Shown: positions 20,115-29,421 of the stretch, one piece after another
Numbering within the stretch: position 1 is the stretch's first letter
How the letters are laid out: each line of letters begins with the position of its first letter
Made by a program: the position numbers and the translations under genes
The notes under the pieces: model-generated
Seen by the model: the letters and a program-made list of their open reading frames with translations, nothing else
Databases searched by the model: none
What the model was told of the DNA's origin: nothing
NCBI GenBank assembly: GCA_030591685.1
Contig: JAUVAX010000002.1
Span: forward strand, 62,001-126,000
Source of the DNA: Pseudobdellovibrionaceae bacterium
Lineage (GTDB): Bacteria > Bdellovibrionota > Bdellovibrionia > Bdellovibrionales > UBA1609
Direction of reading: 5' to 3'
DNA: 64,000 nucleotides

Positions 20115-21077
20115 ATGAATACTCAATGGGGTTTTACTATTAAATCAAACAGAGGTGCTTCACTGATACAGGTCATGATTGCCTCTGCCGTTGCGGGTAT
20201 TGTAAGTTTACTTATTGTCAGTGTGATGCAAAACCTTTTAAAGATGAACAAACAGATTAATGTAAAAACTAATGCTATAATGATTAAGCAATCCATTGTT
20301 TCAATACTCCAAAACTCCGAATCTTGGGAGCACACACTTGATGCAAACACTGTTAAAATGGGTTGTATAAAAAACGGTGTGTCGTGTGCGGCGTATGCTG
20401 ATTTAGATGAGGTAGATCCAGATAAAAGAGAGGGAGAGCTTTTTGTGCTTAAGGACTCTCATAACAACACAGTTAGAGGTTTTACAAGTAATGGTGTGCC
20501 CTGCACAGGTTTCGTAGACCCTACGGCGGGTGCTGACGGTCCCTTGCCCGGAGTAGATAGTTGCCCTTTTGGAGTTGTTTTAAAATTTCTTGCGGACTGC
20601 CCTGACGCTAGTAACTGTATTAAGCCCCTTGTAAAGATCTCAGGATATATTTATTATAACTCTCGTAAACAGAAATTCCCTTATAACCCTGAAAATAATA
20701 AAATTGACTTCATTAGGTCGGGGGATTCAGTGGCTTATATGTGTGCTCAGTTTGGTGGTACTTATAACAGTGCGGCTAAAACATGTGGCGGCGTAGGAAA
20801 CACTGTTGCTGTGGCACCTGTTGTGGCAGCTGGTAATCCGTGCCCTCTTGAGCATGCTTTCTCAGCTGGGAATTCTCCAATTACCATGGTTGATGACGGT
20901 ACGAGGGAGTTTGGAATACGAAGAGGCATAGGTCGTCGACTTGTGAAATGGTATTTGCAAGGTAACAATCTATGGTGTTCTGTAAATAAATCAAGACGTA
21001 AGTTTCACAAGTGTAATAATGGCGTATGGGACTGTGATACGGGAGCAAGCACCTGCTTGACTGTGACGTCGTGTTGA
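20115..21077 (+). CDS. Type IV pilin/pseudopilin-like protein with Cys-rich domains
   Basis: Prepilin-like RG|ASLIQV (Q at +5), hydrophobic helix, Cys-rich body, extra Cys-rich basic C-terminal domain. Confidence 0.75.
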   Translation: MNTQWGFTIKSNRGASLIQVMIASAVAGIVSLLIVSVMQNLLKMNKQINVKTNAIMIKQSIVSILQNSESWEHTLDANTVKMGCIKNGVSCAAYADLDEVDPDKREGELFVLKDSHNNTVRGFTSNGVPCTGFVDPTAGADGPLPGVDSCPFGVVLKFLADCPDASNCIKPLVKISGYIYYNSRKQKFPYNPENNKIDFIRSGDSVAYMCAQFGGTYNSAAKTCGGVGNTVAVAPVVAAGNPCPLEHAFSAGNSPITMVDDGTREFGIRRGIGRRLVKWYLQGNNLWCSVNKSRRKFHKCNNGVWDCDTGASTCLTVTSC

Positions 21078-21116
21078 TAGGTTGTAAATTTAGTTATTGA
21101 TTAATTTGAGGGGTCG

Positions 21117-21782
21117 ATGGAGCTATTAATTAAATCTAATAAGGGTTTTTCACTGATACAGGTTATGATGTTAGCTTCTGTTGCAGGCATATTAAGTTTT
21201 ATAACAGTTAATATGATGCAAAATAATTTAAAAATAAATAAGCGCCTTAACGCTAAAGTTAGTGCTGGGATGATTAATGCGTCTGTAATTGCCATATTAA
21301 ATAACAGTAAATCATGGGAGAACACACTGAGTGCAAATCAGACAATGACTTGTTTAGAGGATAGTGCGGACTGTAGTAGCTTTGGTGATCTAGCTGAACC
21401 TTTTGAGCTCAGGGATGTTCACGACAATATAGTAAAGGGCTTTACGAGTACTGGGGCAGCATGTACAGGCTTTGTGGGCCCTTCAGTGGTGGGGCCTAAT
21501 GGCCCATTGCCAGGTGTTGACCATTGCCCCTTTGGAGTTGAACTTAAGTTTCTTCCGGATTGTGTAGATGACGCTTGCGAAAACCCTTTAGTTGGGATTA
21601 CGGGGGTTGTTTATTATAACCCCAGTAACAGGTCGTTTTCGTTTAACCCTGAAAAAAATAAAATTGATATTACTCGCACGGCTCTCGGAGGCAGTTTCGC
21701 CCTTCTATGCAATAGGTTTTTAGGAACATACATTCATGCGAGCCAATCATGTACACTGGCTGATATCATTCAACAACCGTAA
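21117..21782 (+). CDS. Type IV pilin/pseudopilin-like protein, tandem paralog of 20115
   Basis: KG|FSLIQV; shares GPLPGVDxCPFGV and NPExNKID with the upstream gene. Confidence 0.75.
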   Translation: MELLIKSNKGFSLIQVMMLASVAGILSFITVNMMQNNLKINKRLNAKVSAGMINASVIAILNNSKSWENTLSANQTMTCLEDSADCSSFGDLAEPFELRDVHDNIVKGFTSTGAACTGFVGPSVVGPNGPLPGVDHCPFGVELKFLPDCVDDACENPLVGITGVVYYNPSNRSFSFNPEKNKIDITRTALGGSFALLCNRFLGTYIHASQSCTLADIIQQP

Positions 21783-21958
21783 TGGTTATGGCACATCTTT
21801 TTCTTATTAAAAACAATTCGCTCTGAGTGCTTAGTAGACCAAAAAAATAAAAAAGTTCGGTATTTTTTTCGATTCATGAAAGCCCCAAATAGGCATGTAG
21901 TTTTTACCTTAAGTTGTAAGCTTGTGGCGCTTAACCTTGTGAAATAAAGTCATGCAGC

Positions 21959-21985
21959 CCCCGTAGGTCTCTACGGGGTGGTTTT
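21959..21985 (+). terminator. GC-rich hairpin, possible terminator
   Basis: CCCCGTAG-GTCT-CTACGGGG followed by TGGTTTT. Confidence 0.5.
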
Positions 21986-21989
21986 ACCT

Positions 21990-22005
21990 TGGCATATAAC
22001 TTGCT
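21990..22005 (+). promoter_or_regulatory. Putative sigma54 promoter
   Basis: TGGCATATAACTTGCT has the exact -24 GG / -12 GC spacing; lies upstream of 22093. Confidence 0.65.
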
Positions 22006-22092
22006 GCTGTGTTTTAGTGCGTACGAGTATTAAATTAATGGGCTTCATAAAAAATTTACTTTATGGGGCATGAACCTTTTGGGGGAGCATAA

Positions 22093-22536
22093 ATGCATAA
22101 ACAATTAGTGATGATTTTATCTTTATTAGTTTTCAATACAGCTTTAGCCTCTGTTTCAGAAAAGGGTGTGAAAAGTGAATTGAGTGGTGAGTTAGTCTAT
22201 TATGAGCAATCTGAGAGCTATCTGGTTAAAATTACGGGACTCAGTGCTGAGAGGCTTTATATGGCCGGCTTAAGTCAGCTAGGTGATGTGGAGCCGGAGG
22301 TAATAACTTCAACAGAAAATGGCGTTCGGGCCGAACAATTATTGCGGCAAGTGGCGTTTGGCTCATGGGTGTGTCTTGAGTATTTAAGGCGCTCTTATTT
22401 TAAAAGTGATGAAGAGCGTGAAAAAAGTTTAGCCTCACGAGTTTACGATATGGCTCTAGAATTGGCTAGAAGAGCTAAAAAGCGCTACGTAGTGCCCACA
22501 GGTAAGTATGCCTGCTTAATGTCAACACCCCTTTAA
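22093..22536 (+). CDS. Secreted hypothetical protein
   Basis: GGGGAG RBS, signal peptide ending TALA, two Cys. Confidence 0.7.
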   Translation: MHKQLVMILSLLVFNTALASVSEKGVKSELSGELVYYEQSESYLVKITGLSAERLYMAGLSQLGDVEPEVITSTENGVRAEQLLRQVAFGSWVCLEYLRRSYFKSDEEREKSLASRVYDMALELARRAKKRYVVPTGKYACLMSTPL

Positions 22537-22758
22537 ACGAAGTGTTCAGGGCTCTATTATAATCAGCTCTTAATGGGCACGAGTTAAAGCTTTAAAAACT
22601 CATTTTTTGAGTACTTACCCTTTTAAAGCTCTTAGGTTTAAACCGGGCTGTTTATTTTTGCGGTTTTGTGAAACGGGTGTCTAACAAAAATTGTTACATT
22701 TTAAGTATTCCTTAGTAGGCCACCTCTAATATTGATTTGAGCGGGTACATTACTTGCT

Positions 22759-24474
22759 TTGACTGTACTTATGAGCCAGATCCTGAATTTTTTAATACCA
22801 ATAAATAATCAATGGTTACCACAAGTTATTATGGTTTTAGCCGTTAGTTTTTTATTTGCTCCTTTGGTCGCTAAAGCGCCTGAGGCGACAAAGAAGCTAT
22901 GTAGAAATATATTTTTATCATTATCCCAATCAAACTCTTATGAAAATGTAAGGCAGCAGCTGTTTAGAGTTCGCCCCCATATTAATGAGCTTCAGGGTGC
23001 AGAGGGTGATATGGTTTTTAACCACCTATTAGAGCCTCAAAAGTTACTTGAAGTTAAGGTGCCAGTATTAATGGACTCTGGCGAGGTAAAGGTATTTCAT
23101 GGGTGGCGGTCGTTACATAGCTCGTATAGAGGTCGCTCGCAAGGCGGGACTCGCTTTAGTAATGACGTTGATAAAGACGAAGTCAGAGCTCTCTCGGTTT
23201 TAATGAGCTTAAAAACAGCAGCAGCAGGTATACCATTTGGAGGAGGCAAAGGGGGGTTAAAGATAAACCCTCGTGATCTTTCTTTAAGAGAGCTAGAGCT
23301 AGCGGCTCGAGGGCTCATGAGTGAGCATTTAAAAGCAGATTCGTTTGCGTTTCACCCTGAAGTAGATGGTACAGCCTCAGACAGGGGGACTAACGGTCAG
23401 ATAATGAACTGGATGCTAGACACCTACTTGCACTATAGGGCGACTCATAACAGTTTGTCAGATAAAAAATTACAAGAGTATGTGAATAAAAATTTTGACC
23501 TTGAGGCTATGTATCGTTTAAAGAAAGTCGGCGAAGCCCCTTTGCTTGAAATTTTTAATGGTCTACGAGGCCAATACAGCATACCTGAGTACGGGGTTAT
23601 TACGAGTAAGAGTATTGAGGACGGTGGCTCCCAGGGGCGCACAGAGGCTACAGGGCTTGGGGTTTATTACTCCATAAGAGAGTCTGTAGATCATTTTTTA
23701 GGATTTAGTAAGCATAAAACAAATCAGCTATCAGATTTAACCTTTGCCATCCAGGGTTTTGGTAACGTGGGCTCTCACGCGGCCCTTTTTATCTCAGAAA
23801 TGGGCGCTGGTAAGGTGACTCAAGTTGTGGAGTATGTAGGTAAAGGTAATCCAAAAGAAGAGTTTATTGTTTTCTCTAACCCCTTAGGGTTACCTGTAAA
23901 AGAAATGTTTGAGCATGCGGTCACTCAAAAGCTGCCTTTGGCGCAATTTAAACACCCTGGAGCTAAAATTTTTAGAACAGACGAATCCGGAGCAAAAAGC
24001 TTGTTTGTCTCAAGTCATGTTGATGTGCTTGTGCCCGCCGCTAAGGAGAATCAAATCACCAGTGACAATGCCTCACAGGTAAAGGCTAAAATAATAGTTG
24101 AAGCCGCTAATGGGCCCACGACCCCTCAAGCGGACCTAATTTTAGAGGAAAAAAAGATAATTGTTGTCCCAGATATACTGGCCAACGCAGGTGGCGTGAG
24201 TGTGAGCTATTTAGAGTCACAGCAAAATGCGAACAACACATTTTTAAAAAAACAAGTTGTGTTTGAGCGTTTAGATAAAATAATGACCAGGGCATTTAAA
24301 AACGTCAGAGATGTTTACGAAAAACACGGTAATATAAGCCTGCGTGATGCGGGTTACATTGATGCTGTTGAAAAACTAATTAAAGCTCGAAACACTCAGG
24401 GTAAGGTGAAGCGCCTTACAGAAGAGCTAGACACTCCAATGAGAACCCTTCATAAAAAACAACTCATAAATTAA
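22759..24474 (+). CDS. Glu/Leu/Phe/Val dehydrogenase family protein with N-terminal signal-like peptide (start uncertain: 22759/22771/22831)
   Basis: GGGKGG, GRTEATGLG, QGFGNVG, EAANGPTT, PDILANAGGV motifs. Confidence 0.9.
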   Translation: MTVLMSQILNFLIPINNQWLPQVIMVLAVSFLFAPLVAKAPEATKKLCRNIFLSLSQSNSYENVRQQLFRVRPHINELQGAEGDMVFNHLLEPQKLLEVKVPVLMDSGEVKVFHGWRSLHSSYRGRSQGGTRFSNDVDKDEVRALSVLMSLKTAAAGIPFGGGKGGLKINPRDLSLRELELAARGLMSEHLKADSFAFHPEVDGTASDRGTNGQIMNWMLDTYLHYRATHNSLSDKKLQEYVNKNFDLEAMYRLKKVGEAPLLEIFNGLRGQYSIPEYGVITSKSIEDGGSQGRTEATGLGVYYSIRESVDHFLGFSKHKTNQLSDLTFAIQGFGNVGSHAALFISEMGAGKVTQVVEYVGKGNPKEEFIVFSNPLGLPVKEMFEHAVTQKLPLAQFKHPGAKIFRTDESGAKSLFVSSHVDVLVPAAKENQITSDNASQVKAKIIVEAANGPTTPQADLILEEKKIIVVPDILANAGGVSVSYLESQQNANNTFLKKQVVFERLDKIMTRAFKNVRDVYEKHGNISLRDAGYIDAVEKLIKARNTQGKVKRLTEELDTPMRTLHKKQLIN

Positions 24475-24603
24475 TAACAAATCCTAGAGTTGGATAAAAA
24501 GAAGTTCTTTCTTCTGTTTTTTTTGAGAAGAAGACTCATAGCTGATTTAGAGCGCCCGACTTAGCCTTTTTGAAATCTAAAAAGTGCATTAGACAGACGA
24601 AGA

Positions 24604-25335
24604 CTACTTTTTTGTCCCTATAAAAATAAGGTGGGGGTCTTTACGGAAAAACCTTTTGAGCTGAGACTTAATCCAAAGCGTGCTAAAAACACGGCCTTCA
24701 TGACGCCAAAAATCAGTTGTTTCACAGTGCAGAGTCTGAAAGGAGTGTTTTTTCATAACTTCAACTAGGGAGTGTTGGTCAAAGCTTCTAACGTGCTGAA
24801 AGCGGTGAAAATACGCTCCACACTCTGCACATAAAACTTTTGCAGAGGTTAGGTTTTCATTATTAGGGGTTGTAACAATCACTCTTCCGCCGGGTTTAAG
24901 TATCCGACATATTTCTGTAAGCGTTGAGCTCAGGTCTGGGTCAAGCAGGTGCTCAATGGTTTCAATAAAAAATAAATTATCAAAGGAGTTTGATTGCAAC
25001 TCAGTTGACGGTAGGCCAGAGAGGGTAACCCCTTTTGTAAAATTACTATATTTAGTGAGCTTACCCTCAACAAGTTCCACAGACTGGGCTGAAAAATCAC
25101 AGATGGTGAGTTTAACTAGTGGTTTTTTAATGAGCTTCTCTGAGAGGTACCCATGTCCAGCCCCAAAATCGAGCACGTCGCCAGAAATAGAGAACTTGTT
25201 ATTAACGTATCTAATGAGGCCAGTGCCAACCTGCTCTGTAAAGTAAGAGCTAGATAAGAAGGGTATTTTTTCAATATTATCCCAAAAAAATTTAATCTTT
25301 TCATGATCCCATTTTATGTCATGAAGTTGAGCCAT
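24604..25335 (-). CDS. Class I SAM-dependent methyltransferase
   Basis: VLDFGAGHG motif I; ETIEH...ILKPGGRVIVTTPN; CxxC. Confidence 0.88.
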   Translation of the reverse strand: MAQLHDIKWDHEKIKFFWDNIEKIPFLSSSYFTEQVGTGLIRYVNNKFSISGDVLDFGAGHGYLSEKLIKKPLVKLTICDFSAQSVELVEGKLTKYSNFTKGVTLSGLPSTELQSNSFDNLFFIETIEHLLDPDLSSTLTEICRILKPGGRVIVTTPNNENLTSAKVLCAECGAYFHRFQHVRSFDQHSLVEVMKKHSFQTLHCETTDFWRHEGRVFSTLWIKSQLKRFFRKDPHLIFIGTKK

Positions 25336-25395
25336 AGGGCCTCCAAGCTAAAAAATCCATTTAAAGGGGTTTTGACCCCCTACAATGCTCTCAGA

Positions 25396-25423
25396 AAAAA
25401 ACCACCCTGTCAGGTGGTTTTTT
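25396..25423. terminator. Bidirectional Rho-independent terminator
   Basis: AAAAAACCACC-CTGTCA-GGTGGTTTTTT. Confidence 0.75.
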
Positions 25424-25507
25424 ACAGACTCAACAAACTAGTGCGATATAAAAAATTATGGCTTAGACCCATTGTCACTTATTTTTTTGTTAAGTAAAGG
25501 GCCATAG

Positions 25508-26206
25508 TTAATTAAGAGTGCCCGACACAGAATCTCTAAAACGACCTGAGAAAGTCCCGCCCTCAAAAGCACTGCTCACTGTGCCTGAGTTAATTTTATA
25601 AGCATCTAACGTTACGGCGACGTTTCCAATGGCATCGATAAATGAGGTTTGAGAGCCTGAGTATGTGCAGCTATTAGCTGCGGCAGCGATTGTTAGGGTC
25701 CCCGTCGTGCTTCCGCCAGCAGAGTTGTAGGAGTAATTCATGGAGCATGAGGAGCTATCCCCAGCCACAGCATTCCATGTGGAGTTCAGTACGGCCCCTT
25801 TGGAGCTAGTAAAGCTATTAGCAGGGGTGGCTATCGTTATGGCCGCAGGGAGGGTGACGCTTGATGTATGTGCGGCTTCGTCTACTCTATTTAATGTGAT
25901 CGTTACCGTGTCACCAGCAATGGCTGTAACTGTAGCGCTGTAGGTATAAATCCCAATAATTTGGGATTCTGTCAGTATGGTGGGGGTCCCGCCGTTGACA
26001 CTCACTTCAACGTTGTCACCTGAGGAGAGCTGGATTGACGACCCTCCGATGCCACACCCCACGGTATAGTGAACTGAGATAGAGGCCGAAGCGCCTGTTG
26101 TCGTCGCTGTGTATTGGGCACAAAACCCACTTGTTTTTATATTTGCAGAGTCCGTATTTGCACAACTGATTGCAAATACAGAGAAAAAAAATAAACAAAT
26201 CCTCAT
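25508..26206 (-). CDS. Putative lipoprotein, Ser/Thr-rich, beta-sandwich-like
   Basis: MRICLFFFSVFAISC lipobox after an AGGGG RBS; ORF track extends to 26269. Confidence 0.7.
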   Translation of the reverse strand: MRICLFFFSVFAISCANTDSANIKTSGFCAQYTATTTGASASISVHYTVGCGIGGSSIQLSSGDNVEVSVNGGTPTILTESQIIGIYTYSATVTAIAGDTVTITLNRVDEAAHTSSVTLPAAITIATPANSFTSSKGAVLNSTWNAVAGDSSSCSMNYSYNSAGGSTTGTLTIAAAANSCTYSGSQTSFIDAIGNVAVTLDAYKINSGTVSSAFEGGTFSGRFRDSVSGTLN

Positions 26207-26557
26207 CACTGCATCCCCTAATCTAAGTGTCTCATTTTGAAACACAATACTAAGCCTCTTACTTAACACTTCGGCATCTTTACTTAAATATTATATCACT
26301 ACTATACTTAAATAAGACTAAAAATCAATATCACCTCTTCACAGGAGGTCTGCAATAAACCATGACCTAGTATCGCTCTCAATACTAAACGACAGGCTTT
26401 TTAATGTTACAGTGACAGCCCGGACCCAGAAAACCAGCGCCACATAAAAAGTTATGATTTAGAGTCTCCGTGCCCCATTTTTATTGAGGGGGTTGAAAGC
26501 AAAGGGGAGCATATATTTTTTAAGTGAATTTGTGGAGCTTAAGCCGACAAAGGATGG

Positions 26558-27550
26558 CTATGGAGTGCCGAGGCTTCTGAAGTAAAGGCTTAAGTTTTCA
26601 AGGTCCTCTTTACTGAGTGGGTTAGGTGCTGACTTTAAAATTCCAGGCATAAAAAGCCCATTGGCTCTATCTCCGGTAAGAAAGCCATTTAATTGGTTAT
26701 AAGTAAATGTATGATCTTGCCCGGCTAAATTTGGCCAATTAGGGTTGGTGGCAACAAAAGAGTCATTTGCGTGGCAGTTTCGGCAAGAGAGCCTGTTGCT
26801 GAGTTCAGCTCCTTTAGTTATTTTTTCTTGTATATCCTCTATGTGTGTAAGCATAGGCTGCTTTTTTACAGGGAGCTCATTAAAAAAAGTTAAAATCATT
26901 TGCTCGTCTTCTTCTGTTAAATTAACCGCGTAATTCTTCATGGCCCTCATGCTTAAATCTAATCGAGCCTCCGTGCGAAAATCATTGAGTTGCGCTTTCA
27001 TATAGTTAATATTTTGCCCCGCTAAATTGGGGACCCCAGGGATAGAAGATATGCCGTCAGCTCCATGGCAATTGGTGCATTTGTCTTGTGCCTGAGTAAT
27101 GGGCCTGTCAGGTAGTGGTAGGGGCTCATCGATGGTCGTTAGCGCTTGATCATCGGGGGTTGACTCGTCGTTACGGTTTTTATCTTTAACAGATTGGATC
27201 CAGTTTTTAATGGCCAGTCTGTCTTCTTCTGTAAATTCCTTTGCTTGAGGGCTACCGGATAAAGGCATAAGTTCATCTGTAACAGCCCTTAAAAGCTTTC
27301 CGTTTTCAACGTACAAGAGAACGTCGGTTTGGTTTAATAAGTTAGGTGGAGAGAGAGAGGGGTGGCAGGCTGAGCAAAATTTTTCAAAAGTGGGTCGAAT
27401 TGACTCGTAAGAATAGTTTTCATTTAGGCCTGGGGCCTCATTAAATGGCTCTTTAATAGGCTGATGGGGCCCTGACCTTTGGCAACTTGCTAGTGTAAAA
27501 AAGACTATTACTAGCAATAGGTTAGCCCAATTTTGTAATTTAAAAACCAC
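26558..27550 (-). CDS. Triheme c-type cytochrome lipoprotein (N-terminal monoheme + cytochrome c4-like diheme)
   Basis: LASC lipobox; CSACH, CTNCH, CRNCH; two PNLAGQ c4 motifs; Met ligands; GGAG before GTG. Confidence 0.9.
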   Translation of the reverse strand: MVFKLQNWANLLLVIVFFTLASCQRSGPHQPIKEPFNEAPGLNENYSYESIRPTFEKFCSACHPSLSPPNLLNQTDVLLYVENGKLLRAVTDELMPLSGSPQAKEFTEEDRLAIKNWIQSVKDKNRNDESTPDDQALTTIDEPLPLPDRPITQAQDKCTNCHGADGISSIPGVPNLAGQNINYMKAQLNDFRTEARLDLSMRAMKNYAVNLTEEDEQMILTFFNELPVKKQPMLTHIEDIQEKITKGAELSNRLSCRNCHANDSFVATNPNWPNLAGQDHTFTYNQLNGFLTGDRANGLFMPGILKSAPNPLSKEDLENLSLYFRSLGTP

Positions 27551-27613
27551 CTTTTTAACTCCAGATCAACGTAACAAACATAGACTTTAAAGTTATTCCT
27601 TGTTATTTAACTA

Positions 27614-27629
27614 AGCAAAATTCAAGCCA
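27614..27629 (-). promoter_or_regulatory. Putative sigma54 promoter of the triheme cytochrome
   Basis: TGGCTTGAATTTTGCT on the minus strand, correct -24/-12 spacing. Confidence 0.6.
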
Positions 27630-27635
27630 ATAATA

Positions 27636-28883
27636 ATGAAAGGCCTCCTGCCAGTGAATATCTCTACAGCTTCTTTTTTGAGGCCATTTTTTTTAACAGT
27701 ATATATGGTTTTACTACAAAGTTTTTTTCTCAACTCTGGGGTGCAGGCACGCCCTGAGTTTGCTGTTCGGCATGGCTTTACCAGCTGTACAGCATGTCAC
27801 GTATCGCCATCAGGGGGCGGACCTAGAAATATTACGGGCAAGGCTTTTGGGTTGAATGGTTACGCTCCAGGGCCTTATAGCGGCCAAGATGTTTGGTCCA
27901 TAGATGCTCGTGGGCTTTTTTACTACCCAGAAAAGCCGACTGTAGACAGGGGCGGGCTAGGGTTGATGGCGGGCATAGTGAGTGCAAACCTCCCGATCAC
28001 CTCCAATGAAGAGGGTAAAGCTAAACTGCGAGCCGTTCTTTCTCATAACATTGGTGGGTATCCTGTTGGGGCGGGGAGCCCTCGTGAGACATTTTTGCGT
28101 TGGGAGTTTGATAGAGAATCAAAAACAAGTTTATTACCTCAGCATATTATTTTAGGGAGATTTGTCCCCCCTTTTGGTTTAGTTACCGATGAACACCGTA
28201 CTTACACAAAGCTTCAAACTAAGAGCACATGGAATGACCTAGATGCCGGTGTTATGTTTTCAGGGGCCCCATTAAGTTTTTTACATTATGATTTGGCCCT
28301 TGTTAACGGGCAAAAAACAGCAGGAGCGGGCATGGGTGTGGGCGATGCCAACGTATGGGGAGGGGTTTTAAATTTACGTTTTCTTTCACCTAGTCTGCCA
28401 GTTAGTTTTGGTTTAAGTGGATTACATTATGAAGAGGGGCCGGGTAAAGAGTCGCCTTCAGCGAGTTCGATGTATGTTTTGGTGAACTTAAAAAAGTTAT
28501 CTTCGGGTTTTATCAATGCGGTACTACTTGCTGAATATGTTGTGGCTCAGGGGTGGAATTCGACGATCAATGGTTTTTTTACGGACCCGAACTATAAAGC
28601 AACGGTAGCTGAGTCGGAGTCACGAGGGGTGTATGCTTTTTTGAATTTAAAGATAACTCAAAAATTAAGTTTCATTTATAAGTACGATGAGTTTTCGCCT
28701 AATCAGAGCTTTCCTTCGGATTATTACTCACGCCATGGATTGGGGTTTAAATATTACCTGGGGCCTAATGTGTTTGCTCAGGCGAGGTGGGAAAAGGCGC
28801 ATGCGACTCACCCTAGTGAGGATAATGGCACTGGGATGGGATCTGAGGGCGCCACGTGGGCCTACCTGCAAATGTCCATATAG
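27636..28883 (+). CDS. Monoheme cytochrome c-porin fusion (Cyc2-like outer membrane protein)
   Basis: Signal peptide then PEFAVRHGFTSCTACH...GKAFGLNGY, followed by amphipathic beta-strands ending WAYLQMSI. Confidence 0.75.
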   Translation: MKGLLPVNISTASFLRPFFLTVYMVLLQSFFLNSGVQARPEFAVRHGFTSCTACHVSPSGGGPRNITGKAFGLNGYAPGPYSGQDVWSIDARGLFYYPEKPTVDRGGLGLMAGIVSANLPITSNEEGKAKLRAVLSHNIGGYPVGAGSPRETFLRWEFDRESKTSLLPQHIILGRFVPPFGLVTDEHRTYTKLQTKSTWNDLDAGVMFSGAPLSFLHYDLALVNGQKTAGAGMGVGDANVWGGVLNLRFLSPSLPVSFGLSGLHYEEGPGKESPSASSMYVLVNLKKLSSGFINAVLLAEYVVAQGWNSTINGFFTDPNYKATVAESESRGVYAFLNLKITQKLSFIYKYDEFSPNQSFPSDYYSRHGLGFKYYLGPNVFAQARWEKAHATHPSEDNGTGMGSEGATWAYLQMSI

Positions 28884-29288
28884 CCACACCGTCCTCCTGG
28901 TGCCAGGCACTTTTTTAAAAAAGTAAATACTTTAAAAATAATTTACGATGCTGAGATTGTCTTGAGCGGGGTGTTTTACCTAAATCAACATACCAATCGG
29001 GCAAAGTTAATAACTTTGCCCAGTTGTCTTTAGTGCCGTGAGTAAAAAAAATGTAACTCGAATGCCTGTAAAACTTTAAGTTCTCTAAACTCACCATATT
29101 GAGTGTCCAGAGGGATGGGGGGCGGACTCCGCCCCTATTTGAGTCACTTTTCCTGAAAAGTAATAGGCAGACATAATCTCTGAAAAATTTCAAATTAAGA
29201 CATATTTTTGAAAGTGTAAATTTATTAGATACCCTATGGCTCCGCCGTACAGAAAAATCTCTGTACTAGGGCTAAAGGTGAGCTGACA

Positions 29289-29304
29289 GGGCATGGTCAT
29301 TGCA
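29289..29304 (+). promoter_or_regulatory. Putative sigma54 promoter
   Basis: GGGCATGGTCATTGCA, correct -24/-12 spacing, upstream of the FQNC lipoprotein. Confidence 0.5.
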
Positions 29305-29421
29305 GAATAATAGATAATGACATGCTTGGGGGCATTGTCTACAGCAGAGAAGACAAAGAACTTCACACTGCTGTGAGGCCGTTAAGGGATAGAAACAGTA
29401 TTAATGAAGAGGGGATATCTA

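Noticed and set aside
20115..21782. Pilin paralog pair as a diversity-generating retroelement TR/VR
   Set aside because: No reverse transcriptase in the window; differences are not adenine-specific and fit an ordinary tandem duplication
28915..29193. 92-aa minus-strand ORF
   Set aside because: No RBS and no recognisable family; likely spurious or a decayed fragment
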